Source of the DNA: Glycera tridactyla
Taxonomy: Eukaryota
Length of the DNA stretch: 64,000 bases
NCBI GenBank assembly: GCA_965644265.1
Contig: OZ286463.1
Coordinates: 105,400,001 to 105,464,000 of the forward strand
Direction: 5' to 3'
In this document: positions 1-15,842 of the stretch, piece after piece
Numbering within the stretch: position 1 is the first letter of the stretch
Layout: the number at the start of each line of letters is the position of its first letter
Program-made: the position numbers and the translations under genes
Notes under the pieces: generated by a model
What the model was told of the DNA's origin: nothing
The model's database searches: none
The model's input: the letters and a program-made list of their open reading frames with translations, nothing else

Positions 1-3000
1 GTGTGGGAGAAGCATGAGATTGAGGCATATGCGACCTATTAGATCATTTTGCTATGTTGGGAAATAAACAGTTGAGCACTGTGAACATTCAGGATTAGAG
101 AAAGATCCCTCTTGTTTCAATCCTGGATATCATATGCACGGCTAATCCACGCCATCTATCAGTAAAACTCTGGTCTACATGTTGCATGAGGCATAAATTC
201 ACAGACTATTCACAAACCGATACTTCATTTTCACCCTAAACGCCTGGTGTGACCTTGACCTCGAACCACCACCTATTGCCCATATTTTCAGCTGATGACT
301 TAACAAAATGATATGAAAACTAGCTTCACCTTCGCCCATCACGCAGAAACCGAAAAATTGCTTCTCCGCTCCCTTTTTCCATATCACTGTCATTCCACTA
401 GTATTTTTATCTTCATGTGTTTCATTGTGAGTAAAGATGCTTCTCACATTTTCCAACAGGGAGACTTCTCTGCAGAGCAGTCCCAGTATTTTCAGCTAAA
501 AAAGTTAGAAAAGAGAATCACAAAAGAGAGAACAATGCATATTCATATCATTTCATGACGATGATGATAGCTATCCCAATGTCGCACTAAGAAACCCGAC
601 GTCAAACAGCTGCTGTCATCTCACGTATATACGGGCTTTTTTCGATTCGGAGGCACTCACATTCTCTTCTTCATAGCACCGCCCAGGTAGATTCAATCCA
701 CAACTCAATTCTCGTTTGTCCAAGCCCCGATTATTCAGGCATTCGCGAGTCACACTTTGCAGATTTGAATGAATGAGCATGATATAGTAAAACCTTGTCG
801 AAGAGTTATCCAACGACTTTTAGAATACATATAATGAGTCTGACAATAGTAGGCAGTCTTTTGAGAAATGAACAGCTGAGTTATCTAAGGAGAGCAGGAT
901 TAGTCAACATTACATAAAACCCATCATTGTTCTCCTCCATCAGATGCATTTTACGCCACCTTATCCTCACCAGACTCATCCCATTACGTGCATTATATAT
1001 CCTCCAGCTCACACTATTAACCACATCCACTGCATTCTCAACATCAGCGGGCAACATTTCTTACTACACATATTCAGTCATCCTAAAGATGTGTCAGGGC
1101 TGCCATTGGAATGAAGACAGAGCTGATGAGGACATCCCTACTGAAATACATCAACCTCGGTCCAGGAACTCCTCCATATGTTTAGATAGATGAGTACGAT
1201 CAGCAGCCATTACGACATGATGTCTATATCTCTGTGTCGTTCGTGAATCAGAGCATTACTTCTGATTTGTCTAGTACTCCAGGTACTCAATCCCATACAA
1301 AATGTGAATGTGAACGAATGTGAATGTGTCGAGAGGCAGTCAATGAGCTGATGTTTCCACCGAGACTTAGTTATACTTGCCGAATTCTCTCGTTCCGTAT
1401 GTTAACTATCACCACGGTACATCATGTGGTTTATCAAGCATACCCGTCGCAGCATTCCAGGTATTTCTTCAAATGTCGAATAAGCCGTTTCTCGAGTATG
1501 TATTTTCAAAGGTATGATCCATGATTTGCATTTTCTTCGGGCAGGGTTCCGAACAGATATCAGATATTAACGACATGCTCAGTTTATTGTACTGAGAACA
1601 TTATGAGAGTGATCGGACAATATGTAACGTTCCTTCAATTCACAGGGATCGGAAATTCATTTCATTCTCGCATGCAGGTGTCATGCTTTCATACAAAATC
1701 ATTATCCATACTATCGATCGATACATGGAATGATGAGTCTCCAACTGGATTGACTATGAATGATCAACCTACTAGCCTAGTGATAGAATCTACATATTCT
1801 ATCTAATTGTAAAAAAAGATTTCCGCAACTGGGCCTGGGCTTGAGGACCATGGCAGAGGTGTGAGGATATTGTGATAAGTCTGAAACAGAACTATCCAGT
1901 GCACCATACAGATATTGGCATAAACCATGGATCTGGACGCAGTCGTAGGTCGAAATTAACCACTGGAGTTGAGAAGGTGTCCACAATCTAATCAGAATCA
2001 ATCACAGATGGAGGGCAGAGCGCGACTGAGATCAGAACTTTCACGCCAAATATGCTATTGTAACGCTGAGAATAGGGCCATCAGATTCATTTCAGTATGA
2101 CCACGCTAAAACTACCTCCATCATCTTGAAAGTCGAACAAACAATAATCAGCCCACATCTTTCATCAACCTGTGCATTCGATCAACTAACCACTATTCCA
2201 TTTACCGAAGGATCACCAACCAAACTACTCCTTGCTATCCATCCTCAATCGTTGCAATATCCCAACCAAAGGAACAAGTAACTTCATCCCAATTTAGGAG
2301 AACAGAATTACCACCAACCCACTCCTGAACACATTTTGTAAAACTGCCAGCTGCTCCATACTCCACACTGCCACCATTGACCACCTTTGATACCGTCCAC
2401 ACTACCACAAGGCGTCCGACAGCTACTTGCAGTGTCCTTGATATCTTACGACACCGTCTGCAAATTTAATACATTTCCACTTTCTGTTGGGAAACCAAAA
2501 GCAGGTGTCTTGAATGGAATCACCCATACATTTTGCATCGGTGTCGAAATATTGAAAAAATGGAGCTGACGTTATGTTGAACAAGAATCAACTAACAAAC
2601 GTCCCTATCACCACATCAGTGAAGCGGTTTCCTATAACATTGTCTTAGTTGGCGTTTTCAGCGCCAGGTTTTCGGACTTGTCAACCATGGTCAGATCTCG
2701 AATTATTCTCCGTTCAGTGCTCGCAGTGTATGGATTCACCTCCCCCCCCCCCCTCTCTCTCATGTACAACCTGCGAAATGACACGGATGTATGCCAGACA
2801 TGTTAATCGAGACCATTTCGAATTGTATTGCATCTTTGAAAGTTAACATACATCGGAAACATTCACACACCCTACTACGAAACAACTAACGGATAAACCA
2901 CTCAATGCTAACACACTGGAGCATTGCGTACGTATGATCAGCAGATTGGTCATCGAGTGCTAGAAATAACTATCATAATTCATATTTCCAGTAATTTTCT

Positions 3001-3780
3001 GCTCAATTTCTCTGAGGGAATTTCGAACTGATATATTGCAGTTCGAAACATTCAAAACTGAACATCCGTATTGATCACCACATCTTGAAATGAGTTGCAG
3101 TCGATGCTCGGTATGATTTAATTAGTGGCACAGCTCCATGCTTGTTATCGCATACCGACAGTAGTGGTTTGGCATTTCAGACGTCATGATATTTGACGGT
3201 CTGAACATCCACGCGATAATGCAAATATTTAGTCATCAATGGCTTGTTTGTTGTAAGGGAATTGGGTTTCGTATTAACACAAACTGAAGTATTGATATAT
3301 GCATCATATTTCTTGCAGAATTCGTCTTTGGTATCAGCTCCCACGCCTGCTTATCTCACCGAATCCCGGGCATCTCACGCACATCCTCCATGATTATCGC
3401 CTCTTCTACCTCTCACCTTTCTCTCCGTGGCAATTATGTCCACATCCAAATATATGAGTTCGTTATCGGAGGATTTGGTGGGTGGGAATGTGAATCTCAA
3501 TATGAAGCAATTGAATGAATTCTCAACTCCCTCAAATACTAGCCATTCAATGGGTATATGCCATAATTCCTCGCATCTTGTATTCCTGGTCTGATGAATC
3601 ATTGATAATTCATTATAGTCGAAACGCAGACATGGTGAATATATGCAACATTATATTTGTTGAGCTTTCTGCATGGACTCATCCTCAAAACACGCAATGG
3701 ACGCAAGTTGATATACTGCTGGTTATTTTTGCACCAAACCCAAGATGGCTGACAAAAGTCGTATATTTTCCTACCAACTG

Positions 3781-3996
3781 NNNNNNNNNNNNNNNNNNNN
3801 NNNNNNNNNNNNNNNNNNNNNNNNNNNNNNNNNNNNNNNNNNNNNNNNNNNNNNNNNNNNNNNNNNNNNNNNNNNNNNNNNNNNNNNNNNNNNNNNNNNN
3901 NNNNNNNNNNNNNNNNNNNNNNNNNNNNNNNNNNNNNNNNNNNNNNNNNNNNNNNNNNNNNNNNNNNNNNNNNNNNNNNNNNNNNNNNNNNNNNNN
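3781..3996. other. Assembly gap
   Basis: N run. Confidence 1.
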
Positions 3997-5715
3997 ATAA
4001 GATTGGAGCGCACGCCATACAGTTCTAGTGGAAGGGTTCTGTAAAATGCTAGTGCGATGCATCTGTGGGAGTCCCCTGTTATAATTGCAACTAACAGGTG
4101 TTTTTTTCTCCATTGAGGATCTCTTCCAATATCTTTCCTCATGCAAGATTATTTTTCAACATCGAATAGGGCACAGTAATGGGAACTATTTTTTACACTG
4201 AGCTAACTGATTGATGATAATGCTGGGAAGCACCAGATGGATAATTTTTGTGTGACCTGTTTCGGGTGACCCGTTTCAAAAAGCATGTTTTTTGTCACTG
4301 GGTGTATATATAATTCTTCATTCTCAATGTCCGCAGGGGATTCAGAGAGCAGATTTTCTCAGTAATCGAGTTACGAGTGTCCACGGAAATGGTGTTACAT
4401 TGATCAGTTCAGCTATAGAAGAAGCACTGATCAGGAGATATTCAGGAAGTTTCTCTTGTATGAGGACAATATACTTATTGATTGCGTACTATGGTTATGG
4501 GCGAAAGAATAAGGGGCACATCTCAGGCATGCAATAAATTGCCGCAAAATCGCATGAAACATGATGAACTACGAGACATGACCTCGATAATGGGCTCACA
4601 ATTATGCAAATACCAATCACATGTTGTCGTCATTCATCCTTTGATTGTATCAGCGGAAGCTAAGAGTATCCATCCATACGTGTTATCTGATGCAGATCGG
4701 GTATTATAAATCCTAATTGGATGTCATGACATAGTCATAAATGAAGATAGTCCCACAGTTTAGTGTCGACATAAGGAGCTTTATTATGCTCCATCGTCAT
4801 TACACCCTCATCACCTACAATTGCATTGAGAAGGCACAGGGTGCAAAATGTGATAATTGTTTTGCTGGGTCATTCCTTCTGTTCATACTGGGGCGGACAT
4901 TCACGCACATGTGATTATCCCTGTGGACAAGACCATTCCAATCCGATATGCCCTTCCTACAACTTAAGTGCAAGGACTCGAAAAATCAAAATGATACCTA
5001 TACCCAAGAAGAGATTGGCTGACAAAGTCATTTCGTTACCATCGAGATTAGCTGAGACTCAGGTCGACTAGCCCAAAGATTTGCAATACAATATTGTTCC
5101 CTCCAATCTCTGAAATGACGGGACCCAGAAGGAGGAGTCTCGGAAGATCCCACCCATGCCCATTGCATGGGCGTCACAATATAGCCCAGATGGTGCTGAC
5201 GTGAAGTTAAACCACAACCAACCAACCAATTGTTCCCTCCATCATGCATTCATTCACATGTGAGAAAAGATCTTACAGCACAATCGGCATATTTCATCAA
5301 ATAGGATATTGACAATCAGTGAGACATTCCTTTTGAGCGGGCGATGGTGCAGGTCATCCTCCTGAGTAGGTCATTCCTTTTACCACCACCTTTGCCTTTC
5401 CAACCCCGTTGGGTGATCATATTCATATTGCGGAAGCCATTGCTTCTCATAAGACCATCAGGTCCTAGATTCACAGTCGGATATTGCTACTGGTGAGGTC
5501 AATCCTACATGGAATGTCAGTGCTATCGAATGCACCATCTGTAGAGAAAAAAGTCGTCGCCATTCAACTTACTTCGTTTTCGACAAGGCAATTCATATAG
5601 TGCAGTCATTCAACATGTGTATTATTTAGTATGACATCCCGATGGGAACATCATGTGGACATGTTCAAATGTAGGTCATGTAGGCATTTACTATATGGCT
5701 TTTCCGCTGAGTAGT

Positions 5716-6500
5716 CATTTTCTTCGAAGTGTTGCCATCGGGGATGATGTGGCCTAGATGAAGCATTATCCCTTCTCTTTTTCTCAATAGTGTTTGGTGT
5801 GTGTGTGTGGGGGGGGGGGGGGGTTAAAGGGAAACATACCTTCTGATTCTCTGCCATCCGTCTTCGGGCATTTTCCACTGAAGTTAGACCATCACCATAG
5901 CTTCTTCTTCTTCACTTCTTTTCTATCCCTCTAAGCTCTTTTTTCATTTCTACAGCTAAATGGTCTCTGATGTAGGTGGCTAATGGTTTACCTGTAGCGT
6001 AAATTGTCACTATGCAAGAGGCAGGTGCCAGGCACCCCAGTTCTGGGTCACTAGGTTTGAGACTAGGTTACTAGGATGTGTGATGGCATTGTACTGCAAG
6101 CATAGGGCATACCATGATTGTAAAGCTAGTTTGAAGTTGGCAGATTATAATTGAACACATCGGTTGAGTGTACTCCAAACCTTATGTTATCCTTGTGCTA
6201 AGTTCTGCGCTTTGCAAGAAATAACCATTGCTATCAGGCTTGAGTGTCAGCTTCCAGTCAGTTACATAGTAAGATATGTCATCCTAGGTTCATCATGTAT
6301 TTGTAGGATAGATAGAGGTGTGTCTGAACTGTCAGCTACTTCCACTTGACAACCTTTCAGGTTCCCTGTCATCTTGTGTTCAAGGTTTGTGAGATTGATG
6401 TCTGCAGGGGAGAGATCATCTAGCTTTCATAAACCAGGCGCACATTGTATACATAACCCTGGAGGTTATGAATACCGTTGAACTTCAAGCAAACAAACAA
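5716..6500 (+). mobile_element. Dispersed retroposed repeat (3' part of a LINE/SINE-like element), copy 1
   Basis: Colinear with the reverse complement of ~40085-40832; for example gtgttgccatcggggatgatgtggcctagatg and gtgtgtctgaactgtcagctacttccacttgacaacct are shared exactly. It ends in a hairpin (6452-6470) and an A-rich tail aagcaaacaaacaa. Confidence 0.75.
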
Positions 6501-9384
6501 GCTCGCCGTGTATAACCTTCTCAGCCAAGATTGCATACCCAGCAAGTACAAGTTTCCCACCGTCATGTGATGTGATGTTAATGATATTATGTGTTTTTCA
6601 AATCCTCTACTACGAGTACTCATCGGAGATATTAGCTACTTCCGTGGAGTGGAATGTGTACTAGAAATGACATCTAACGGGAGGAGTATGACAACTTCAT
6701 TGAGAACCCACTTCTTCGAGAATCCTGAGGAAAAAAATGTACCATCTGAATAGTTCCCAGCGTTGAATGAAGTCATATGTCAATAGGATGCCATTGTTGG
6801 TCATTCCAAAAAATTCACATTATCATTTGGCCTCTCACAGAGTTTGATGAAATACAGGAACTTATATTTCCACTCATTAAAATAGAACAAAGTTCCGAGA
6901 CTAGCATCATGTAATCTCTTCGAATGTGGCCGACAGAATCCTGAGATTTAGGAGCATTCATTATTCACCGAGTCTGATACCCCTCTTCTGAAGATGGATG
7001 AACCCACTCGTGTGAGCAAATGGCAACGTCTCCGAGGTGTAAATTGTAAAGTTACGGATGGCTCAGGTTTCTTACGCTATCTGTTACAATTCTAGCGAGC
7101 GACACCAGCACAGCTTACACTTCCATCCTCATCGGCCATCACATCCATTTCTGTCTTCAGAAGTACCGGTTTTATCTTGTCGTCTCTGTATCACTGTGCA
7201 TATTTTTCACAATAAAACATTTGCGTACTCCGGGGATTACTCGAGAAAGAAGACCAGGAGCGCCTGTAGGAGACGATGAGGTCACATCATGAACACATTG
7301 TTGATCAGTGGAAGAGACCTCTACACTGTTTAAGGAACAGCTGAACCCATTGACTCCTTGAGTTGATTCCAGCTCATGCCTGCCCCGTAGAAAACGCTGT
7401 GGTCAGTGACTTTATTTTTGTTCTTCCAATACAGTGACGTGATTTTTGGGGAGATCAAAAATTTGGAGGACTCTGGCTGTATTTAGCAGTCTTACCACCA
7501 CATTCGCTTGTTTCCTCATATTTCCTAGAGAGCATCATGGCCATATTTGCAGCCATGTTATCATATATCACAGCATAGTGAATGAGTTGGATTATAAGGC
7601 TCTGCTTATTTGCCTATGGGTTTATTCGAATTACCCATCTTTGCGAATGCACCTACCTCACAACCTCTCCCTCATTTGATCTATATCTATAGCTCTGAAA
7701 CGATTCTATATCAGGTGCATGTTTTTTTTGGCCATTGCTACCATGGAGCAATGGCTGACTTATGCTAAGTTTGAGGATACACGCTCACCCATGTGACTGC
7801 ATGCGTGCTATCACACTCAATGTCAGCTCGTGATATGCAAATATGATAGAGGCGATATCGACCGAGGATTATCTCTAGATTGACCTAGCTTTTGTAGTCT
7901 CATATCTATGCATTAGGACCTATCTATGATGGGCCTGTCGCTGTGTGCATGGCATGCTAATCCCGCGACTCTACAAAGACTATCCTATCGTCAACTTTAT
8001 CAGCCAAGGCTACACACCTAGTTGCCAGTCTTATCACCACATTTGCTTGTTCCCTCATAATTTGCTCATATCAACCTGCTTGTTACCCTGCCACAAGGTC
8101 AAAGCCCTGCATATCAACCCTATCTCATCTTACATTGAGGATGTTCAGGTGCCAGGAGATGATACAAGGTAATACCGGGAGAAGGCAATACCGGCGTTTC
8201 TCATATGTGTGAATAGAAGCCACAGACTAGACAGTGAAAATTTCAGTTGGTGTCTCCAATCTCGATTAATCATGAGATTATCAACAAGCCGCACTAATCC
8301 AGCATAAGCTGCTAATTTCCGACATTGTTAGTTGGTTACAGCACCGAATTATAATATCACACAGCAAATGGTCGAGAATTTCAATTTTGAAAACATTGCA
8401 ACTCTTCACGGTGATTTTGAAGGGGATGTCATGAATGCTTCCAACCATGCTAATTGCATGGTCATCATCATAGAGCTCTGCTGGTTTTCAGAAGGTAATA
8501 ATCATCTGACCATGCTACTAACCAACTGTTTGAAAAGCTCTACGAACATGTGGTGAGGGCTAAATCAGTGAGGGACAATTTGTACCCATATTTTTACGTA
8601 CTTGTGTTTATGTACATATCTGCTGTTGGCATAGTCAGTGATATGTTTGCCTGGGGTATCCTCGCATCTCTACCATAAATGGCAGAATTGGCACCATAGG
8701 CTCCAGAGTTCAAGTGACGCGTATGTCTTCCAAGATTGTGAGAACAAAACATACCTTAGGGTCTCTTCAGTGTGCACACGATATGATTTGATATCCGTTA
8801 TGCATCGCTACCATACTTGCTCTTTATTCACACACAATCTATCAGAAATGCTGCTCAGAATAACAGCTTGTATGGAGCTTATTGGCGCGGTAGCTTTTTC
8901 TAGATGACATCTGTGTGTTCAACATGCATGGATATATAGATAGGTCAATCCAAACAAGCCAATTCAAAAGTAGAATGATACGGAGGCAGGACAACATTTT
9001 CTGTTATTATTCCCTCTCACATAGGTGCTCGATACGGAAATGTGTGCAAAAACAATTTCGGGCCATGCTACATGAATGATATTCAGCAATATGTTGGTAT
9101 CAGCGTTCTATTGCACTAATTTTGTCATTAATATTCATACACACATGCCCAATTCCCCTTGCGTACACAGGCATACTGAAAAACATTCTGAACAAATAAC
9201 TATATCGGTACATCCGCCTGGACACATGAAATTGAAGCCGAAGATCAATCTACATACGTGACAAATCAAACGAGGAGATGTGAATGATTCTGGATTAGGG
9301 AGGGAGCGAAATCCAATTTGCGTTTGCCAGTACATATTTTCAGAATATTTTCATAACCAGATCTGTAGTTTACATGTGTGTAAT

Positions 9385-9709
9385 NNNNNNNNNNNNNNNN
9401 NNNNNNNNNNNNNNNNNNNNNNNNNNNNNNNNNNNNNNNNNNNNNNNNNNNNNNNNNNNNNNNNNNNNNNNNNNNNNNNNNNNNNNNNNNNNNNNNNNNN
9501 NNNNNNNNNNNNNNNNNNNNNNNNNNNNNNNNNNNNNNNNNNNNNNNNNNNNNNNNNNNNNNNNNNNNNNNNNNNNNNNNNNNNNNNNNNNNNNNNNNNN
9601 NNNNNNNNNNNNNNNNNNNNNNNNNNNNNNNNNNNNNNNNNNNNNNNNNNNNNNNNNNNNNNNNNNNNNNNNNNNNNNNNNNNNNNNNNNNNNNNNNNNN
9701 NNNNNNNNN
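9385..9709. other. Assembly gap
   Basis: N run. Confidence 1.
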
Positions 9710-9790
9710 AGCTAGGTACCCTGGTAAAACTCAATGTGAACCTAACGTTTATGTTCTGTAGGACATGCCATTGACTAATCTCGATTAGAA

Positions 9791-9793
<3 letters not shown>

Positions 9794-9855
<62 letters not shown>
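9794..9855. repeat. (TG)n microsatellite
   Basis: Direct reading. Confidence 0.95.
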
Positions 9856-11196
9856 CGTGCGCGTTTGTGCGTGAATGATTCGACTGACATTCTGAAGGCA
9901 TTTCAATTGGATCTCAGATCCCATAGGGGAAGAGGAAGGACATATCTGTCCAATTTGGATGTGACAAACGTTAGTTGCTCCCTGATCCTATTCGACCTGA
10001 CTGTGACGTCGTAGGCCTGTGACGTCGTGAACCTGCTTTAATCCTGGCTGTGAGGTCAGCCGGATCAGATGGAGAATGGGATCAAGTCATAGGGGTTGCC
10101 CACCCGCTCCTGATGTCAGTTGCTGCAATGCTTCCCTGCTAAAAAAAAAGAAGGCCTTCTGAGAGATCCACCATGTCAATATCTAGTGCCTTACGTATTA
10201 TGATTACGAGCATGAAAGATGCGACAATAATCCACAAGTTGACTGAACGAGATACTTGTGTTTTCGACAAGGGGTTGAAAAACCAATCTGCGGGCAGGAA
10301 TGAGCCATCTATTCCAGTGTATCTCATTTTCGTGTGCACCCACCGTTATCTGTACCTCCTCGGTGGTTGTTTCTGTTTTTTCTTTGTCACTCTGAACTCT
10401 TATATGGAACATATAAATGAAGTAGTCTGATGCCAGTTCAGGCAATAAATTGAGTCTAATAATCCTCCATTTTTTACCCTATTCAGATGTGATTTTACTG
10501 GATGAAATTGCTACTTCTGTTCATGTTCCCGGCATGTCGGACGTAGCGTGATCTACTTCTTGTAATTTCAAAGTAATATCAGCGTTTGTTGATCTTGTCA
10601 TGAATGAAGGTTGCCCACTCTTCAGATAATTTAACGGCACCCTGGTCAGATGCATATATTATTAGCCTGGATTTATGACATGGCTTTATGTCGTCATGGA
10701 CGTTTTTGTAATTTGTTCCCTGCGGTACTTTGTAGTTGATGTCTGCATCATGCATGGTAATTAGGATGCTCATTTCCTGTGTCAAATCCTCCTATAATGG
10801 AGACCCTACTATCAATAACAGCTAATTGTGCTCTCACATACGGGGAGCCACACCACCACGATGCTTCGTTACATCGAGTGAATGTGCACATATATGTCAT
10901 GCCAACGACTTCCTATGTAACGAGATAGCAGCATGCTGCCAGAAAAATATTATCTATACCCATGCTGAAGAGAATTGATCAGGTAGACTAAACTTCCTGT
11001 GGTGAGCCTGAACCCTTGTTAGGTTATCACTCTTTCCTAGGCATACATGCAAGCTTTCTTATTTTGAAATGACCAGGGGTTAGGTTCTGTGAGGAGTTTG
11101 AATGAACGACTAGCATTTGAGATCGACACAAACCTCGTTTATTACCTCGCTTCAGTTTGAGGCAGCCCGGGCTTTCACTCAGGACTAACCTGTCTA

Positions 11197-11456
11197 NNNN
11201 NNNNNNNNNNNNNNNNNNNNNNNNNNNNNNNNNNNNNNNNNNNNNNNNNNNNNNNNNNNNNNNNNNNNNNNNNNNNNNNNNNNNNNNNNNNNNNNNNNNN
11301 NNNNNNNNNNNNNNNNNNNNNNNNNNNNNNNNNNNNNNNNNNNNNNNNNNNNNNNNNNNNNNNNNNNNNNNNNNNNNNNNNNNNNNNNNNNNNNNNNNNN
11401 NNNNNNNNNNNNNNNNNNNNNNNNNNNNNNNNNNNNNNNNNNNNNNNNNNNNNNNN
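11197..11456. other. Assembly gap
   Basis: N run, followed by degenerate (TCTG/TATC)-type simple repeats. Confidence 1.
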
Positions 11457-14400
11457 GTCCGTGTGATTCTGTATGTATATCTGTCGGTTCATCTGTATGG
11501 CTTTATGTGTATCTATCAACTGAATGTCTGTATTTCTGTCCGTATGTCTGTCCTTCTGTCTCGTATATTTGTTTGTCTGTCTACTAGGTGGCTTCATATC
11601 TTTAATAGGTATTCTAGAGTGGATGTTGTACAGTTGTCCTTCAGTCTAGTGTTAGCACCATGAGTACGATTTTGTCCGCCTCATGAAATACACTCGGCAG
11701 GGTTCGTTCTGGACCCATGCTCCTGGGCCCAGATGAAATGATGAAACCGACAGACCCTCAAGTTCTCTTCACTGGATAAAATTCATGTTGTTCTATCTAT
11801 CATCGTTGTCTTGCTTCTAGACGTGCAGACATTGGCGCCAGTGAGTCCATTTACGGAGCTAATATAATTTTATTGGTGTGAAATATGTTCATGTTATCAA
11901 CCTGTTATGGGCTGTTATAAGCTGCCAAATCCTCTCGAAGCCTTGGACTGCTTCTGTCACCTCGGTTAGAAATAGCACACGGATTCGCGATATATGTTTG
12001 ATGGTGAAACGCCTCGCTGAATGTCGGAATTGGATGCCATTCTGCTCATAGCCTCGGCGGAAACTGACAATTAGATGGTTCCATCCTTCACATCCGTCAG
12101 ACGACGAATTGCCGAGATTATCTCTAACAGTTTGAGATGCGGTCGTTACCCTCGGAGATTCATGGCAGCGCGGTGATATCAGATACCACGTAAAACAGTA
12201 CTAGGATGATCTTTTTCGAAATGCGTGGTGGGACTTTTTGGAAAAGTGGCTTTCATCCAACCATCACTCCTCTGTTTTCTAGGTGCTCTGTTCTCCGCCC
12301 CCTTAGATAGCTTCATGCATCCTTTCTAACTTCACTTTACAGGAACTAATTCAAACTCAATGAATAGAAGCATTTCTGTATTTAGACAATATGATGTAGA
12401 ACTTTCCTATAATATGTCTAAGTACCCGTTCCTACACTCTTATTCCCACAGCGTTGAAATTACCATTATGACTGTTTATTGCTACCATGTATTTGATACT
12501 GTATTCAGACTAGGACAATGGAAGATGCTTGCATTTATATTTTCGTACTTCTCATGTTTGAGGGGGAGATGTATCACATATACACTTCTGACAATAAAAG
12601 ATTGATGAAGCCTTCATGAAGCCTTACGAACTTCCTGGGATCCGCTCGATTTCTTGGGCATAGTTTTCCAGATCCTCATGATTGCCATGAGTAATAACTG
12701 GATATCGGTATATAAGCATCTTGGGTAAATAAAGAGCGTATCGAATGATCATAGATTGAAAAAAAAATTGATTGGTGAATCAATCACTTGAATAAGGTTC
12801 AACCAAAGCTGGTTTTTTCGGAACTGGAGAATCGATATACTATCCTACATATCTTCATCCGTATCCCAAAGTCGGAGAAAGCATTACTGAGGAATTTTGT
12901 GCTACTCTACTCCTCCAATAAAAATACATTTTTCGGGGAATTCGACCTAGTTTTTGCTAAACTGCAGGCTCGGTGCATCACGTACCTCAGACTAGTCACC
13001 GACCCCGAGCACCGGGCATGGATGAACCAACTCTCATCATTGGCTGAATATGCACATATTTCGCAGCATATCCCACGCATCGCACTGCATGTCATTGATG
13101 TTGTGTTTCCTGATCCATGCTGTCCACCGATTGTCATGTCAAACATTGTACTCCTTTGGATAGTATTCTTCTTCCTTGATACACGCCGCACGTCTTAGCC
13201 AATCGTGACTAATGGTCTGTATCAATCCCCTCATAACTGTAAGAACTTATATCTTCAAGTAGTTTCTCGTACGTCTCCTCGTGATTGCTTTTCTCCAGTA
13301 TCTGTTTACAGCTGAACGTCCCACTATTCACTGTCAGGTACCCTGCTTCTTTGTTGTCCTTGACAGACAAGGCTCTACACTTTTCCGGTCATGGAAAGCA
13401 GCTGAAGAGGGAGACATTCGCACTTGGAAAACCTACGACTTGAAGCATCGAACCGAGACGGTATTATATTATCAAAAAAAAACTTCTTTGGTGCAGGAGA
13501 AGGCAAAACAAATTCTTTGCAATAAGAGGGTACCTTGAGAAGTTGCCTTGGTATCCAATACAGCACAGATGTCTGATTGCGCAGGACGGCTCATGCTCGC
13601 GCAGATTAATCAACCCGTTGTATGTTGTTTTGTGGTGGGTTATCCCCAGTAGTCGACCCACGTCCATCTATCATGGATACAAGAAAATCTGATATGGTTC
13701 AACCACGATCGTCACTTGCTTTGAACATTGAGATGGATGGCAGAAGCGTCTAATCACGTCCCCACTGTGCCTCATCCTCACGCCAGACATATTAGCGCTG
13801 TGGGTGCAACTGATACCCTATCGCTAATATATCTTCCATACGACAACACGCCGGTCATCAGACACAGAGTGGGTAACATTTCACCTGGAAAACACGAACC
13901 ACTGTATCACAGTTCTATATAACCTGTGCTCCATGGAGAGAACAAATATTGGTGTAAGTGAGATTGGAACTCGATGCCTGATCTGTGATACGAGTACTGT
14001 CCCCGATGATTACAGTTAACTTCAGTTCTCGGCCAAAAAAAGCCTGGTTGGATGAGAACGCGTGAGTGACAGCCCCCTCCCACCGCCAAGTTCACGATGG
14101 TAACTTGGAACCTGGTAAAAAAAGTTGAACTTATCAGGTGATAAGTCAAAAGCAGCACTACGCCAAAGGTGTACCATGTACACACAAAGATATACATGTT
14201 TTGAATTCACTGATATCGATTTGTGTGGTTTTGCTGCAAATGTGATTGGGAACTCATACAGCCATCAAACAGTACAAACAATTCTAGAAAGCAAGAGAAG
14301 ACATGCTGATTAGATGAATTTGCCTTCGAGAGAAGCTCGCATCTGTGAAGCGACAGCTAATTCAATGAACTTTTCGCTCCCGATAATCTTCAGTGCGATG

Positions 14401-15842
14401 ATGGTCGGGGCACAGACAAACACCAGTGCTATTAAGTGTTTCTTTCTGGTTGATCATGAACAAAGAATGACGCCAAGTGGTACATCATTTCATCTCTGAT
14501 TCCTCCATGTGCACTTCATATGCATCAGTACTATCAGGAACAGACATATCGAGGATTCACAATCAGTTTACGGCTGCTTGCGAGCAAACGGCAAGCAGGC
14601 GCACATGGAGGAACCTACGTAGACAGACACCTTCAGTCCTTAATGAGGCTCCATGACGTCTCATGACGTGTTGATTGATCCAAAGAATATCACACTTATC
14701 AATTTGCACCAACTCAGAATGTGACATTGCTACAACTACTTTCGAACAAACACAGTTTGATTGAACATTGCCAAATCAATGCTCAGTTCATCGTAATCAG
14801 CTTGCCTTTGTTGGTGATATTTGCATCGGATACATTCGGAGAAGAAAGGCTTATTGTCCACAAACCGAATCGTTCGCTGGGAGCAAAAAGGCATGTTTAT
14901 TATTTGAATGAGCTCGAATGAAATAAACGTAAAAAAATAGATGAAACAGGGCGAGTATGATGCTTCACCAGATACTTCTCCTATTGGGTCATTCAATACA
15001 ATGGAACCTGCTCCAGAGATGAGCTCCATACGATGACCACCTGCCCAGGGAGGCAACCCGTTGCTGTCACCTCGGTTACATTTTTATCGTAGACTCTGTG
15101 TAGAGGCGACCTGTCGACGATGGCCCCTTATGCCACTGGGGTGGTCTTTCTGGACAGGTTCGACAGAACTCATTACCGTGATTGAATGTCAGAATTCTTC
15201 TGATTCTATTGCGTCAGCATCCACTTCTTTGATGGTAGCTCATTTAGCCACTACTGATGTGTTCATTTCTTTTTTTCCAACACTAGCTACCTTTTGAGAC
15301 TAGCAACTGGGTTTCAAGCGCTGACATGGCTATCAGGTATGAAATAGACCAGTCCATTGTAATGCGATCATTGCGCTATTCAAGCCAGCTATCAATGTTG
15401 TGTTTCTGACAATAGCACCTGCGTGTTGCGATGTCACTAATTTATCGTGACCTCAGCAGCAAAGTGTTGGAAGACTATCCACGGCCATCTACTCCTTCCC
15501 AATATTATAAATAGGGATATACTGCGAAGATCTCTTCGAGGATGTCATCACCGGTTGATGTTCCCCCAGCCTGCGGGTCCATCGCCGTATTTGTCCTGTT
15601 CCAGGTGCGCAATCCCTCATTAGGTAACAGGTATGCTTCCGCTTCGCGTTCCTGGGTGCACAGACAAACCCTTCAGCCCATCGCCTCATCCTCCCGAGGT
15701 GCACCACTTACAGCAGCTAGCAAGAATGAGGTCTCGAATTTCATAGATATCCCCATTTCATCAGAATCTTGAAGGAAAGGTCTTGCGGTGGCCCATAAGT
15801 GCCATCAAAGAATATAGTTTCAACCTCCATCGTGTTACGAAT

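Noticed and set aside
13099-13128. Minus-strand IGGQHGSGNTT resembling a P-loop (GxxGxGKT)
   Set aside because: The catalytic Lys is absent, there is no Walker B or other NTPase context, and the neighbouring frames are stop-ridden.
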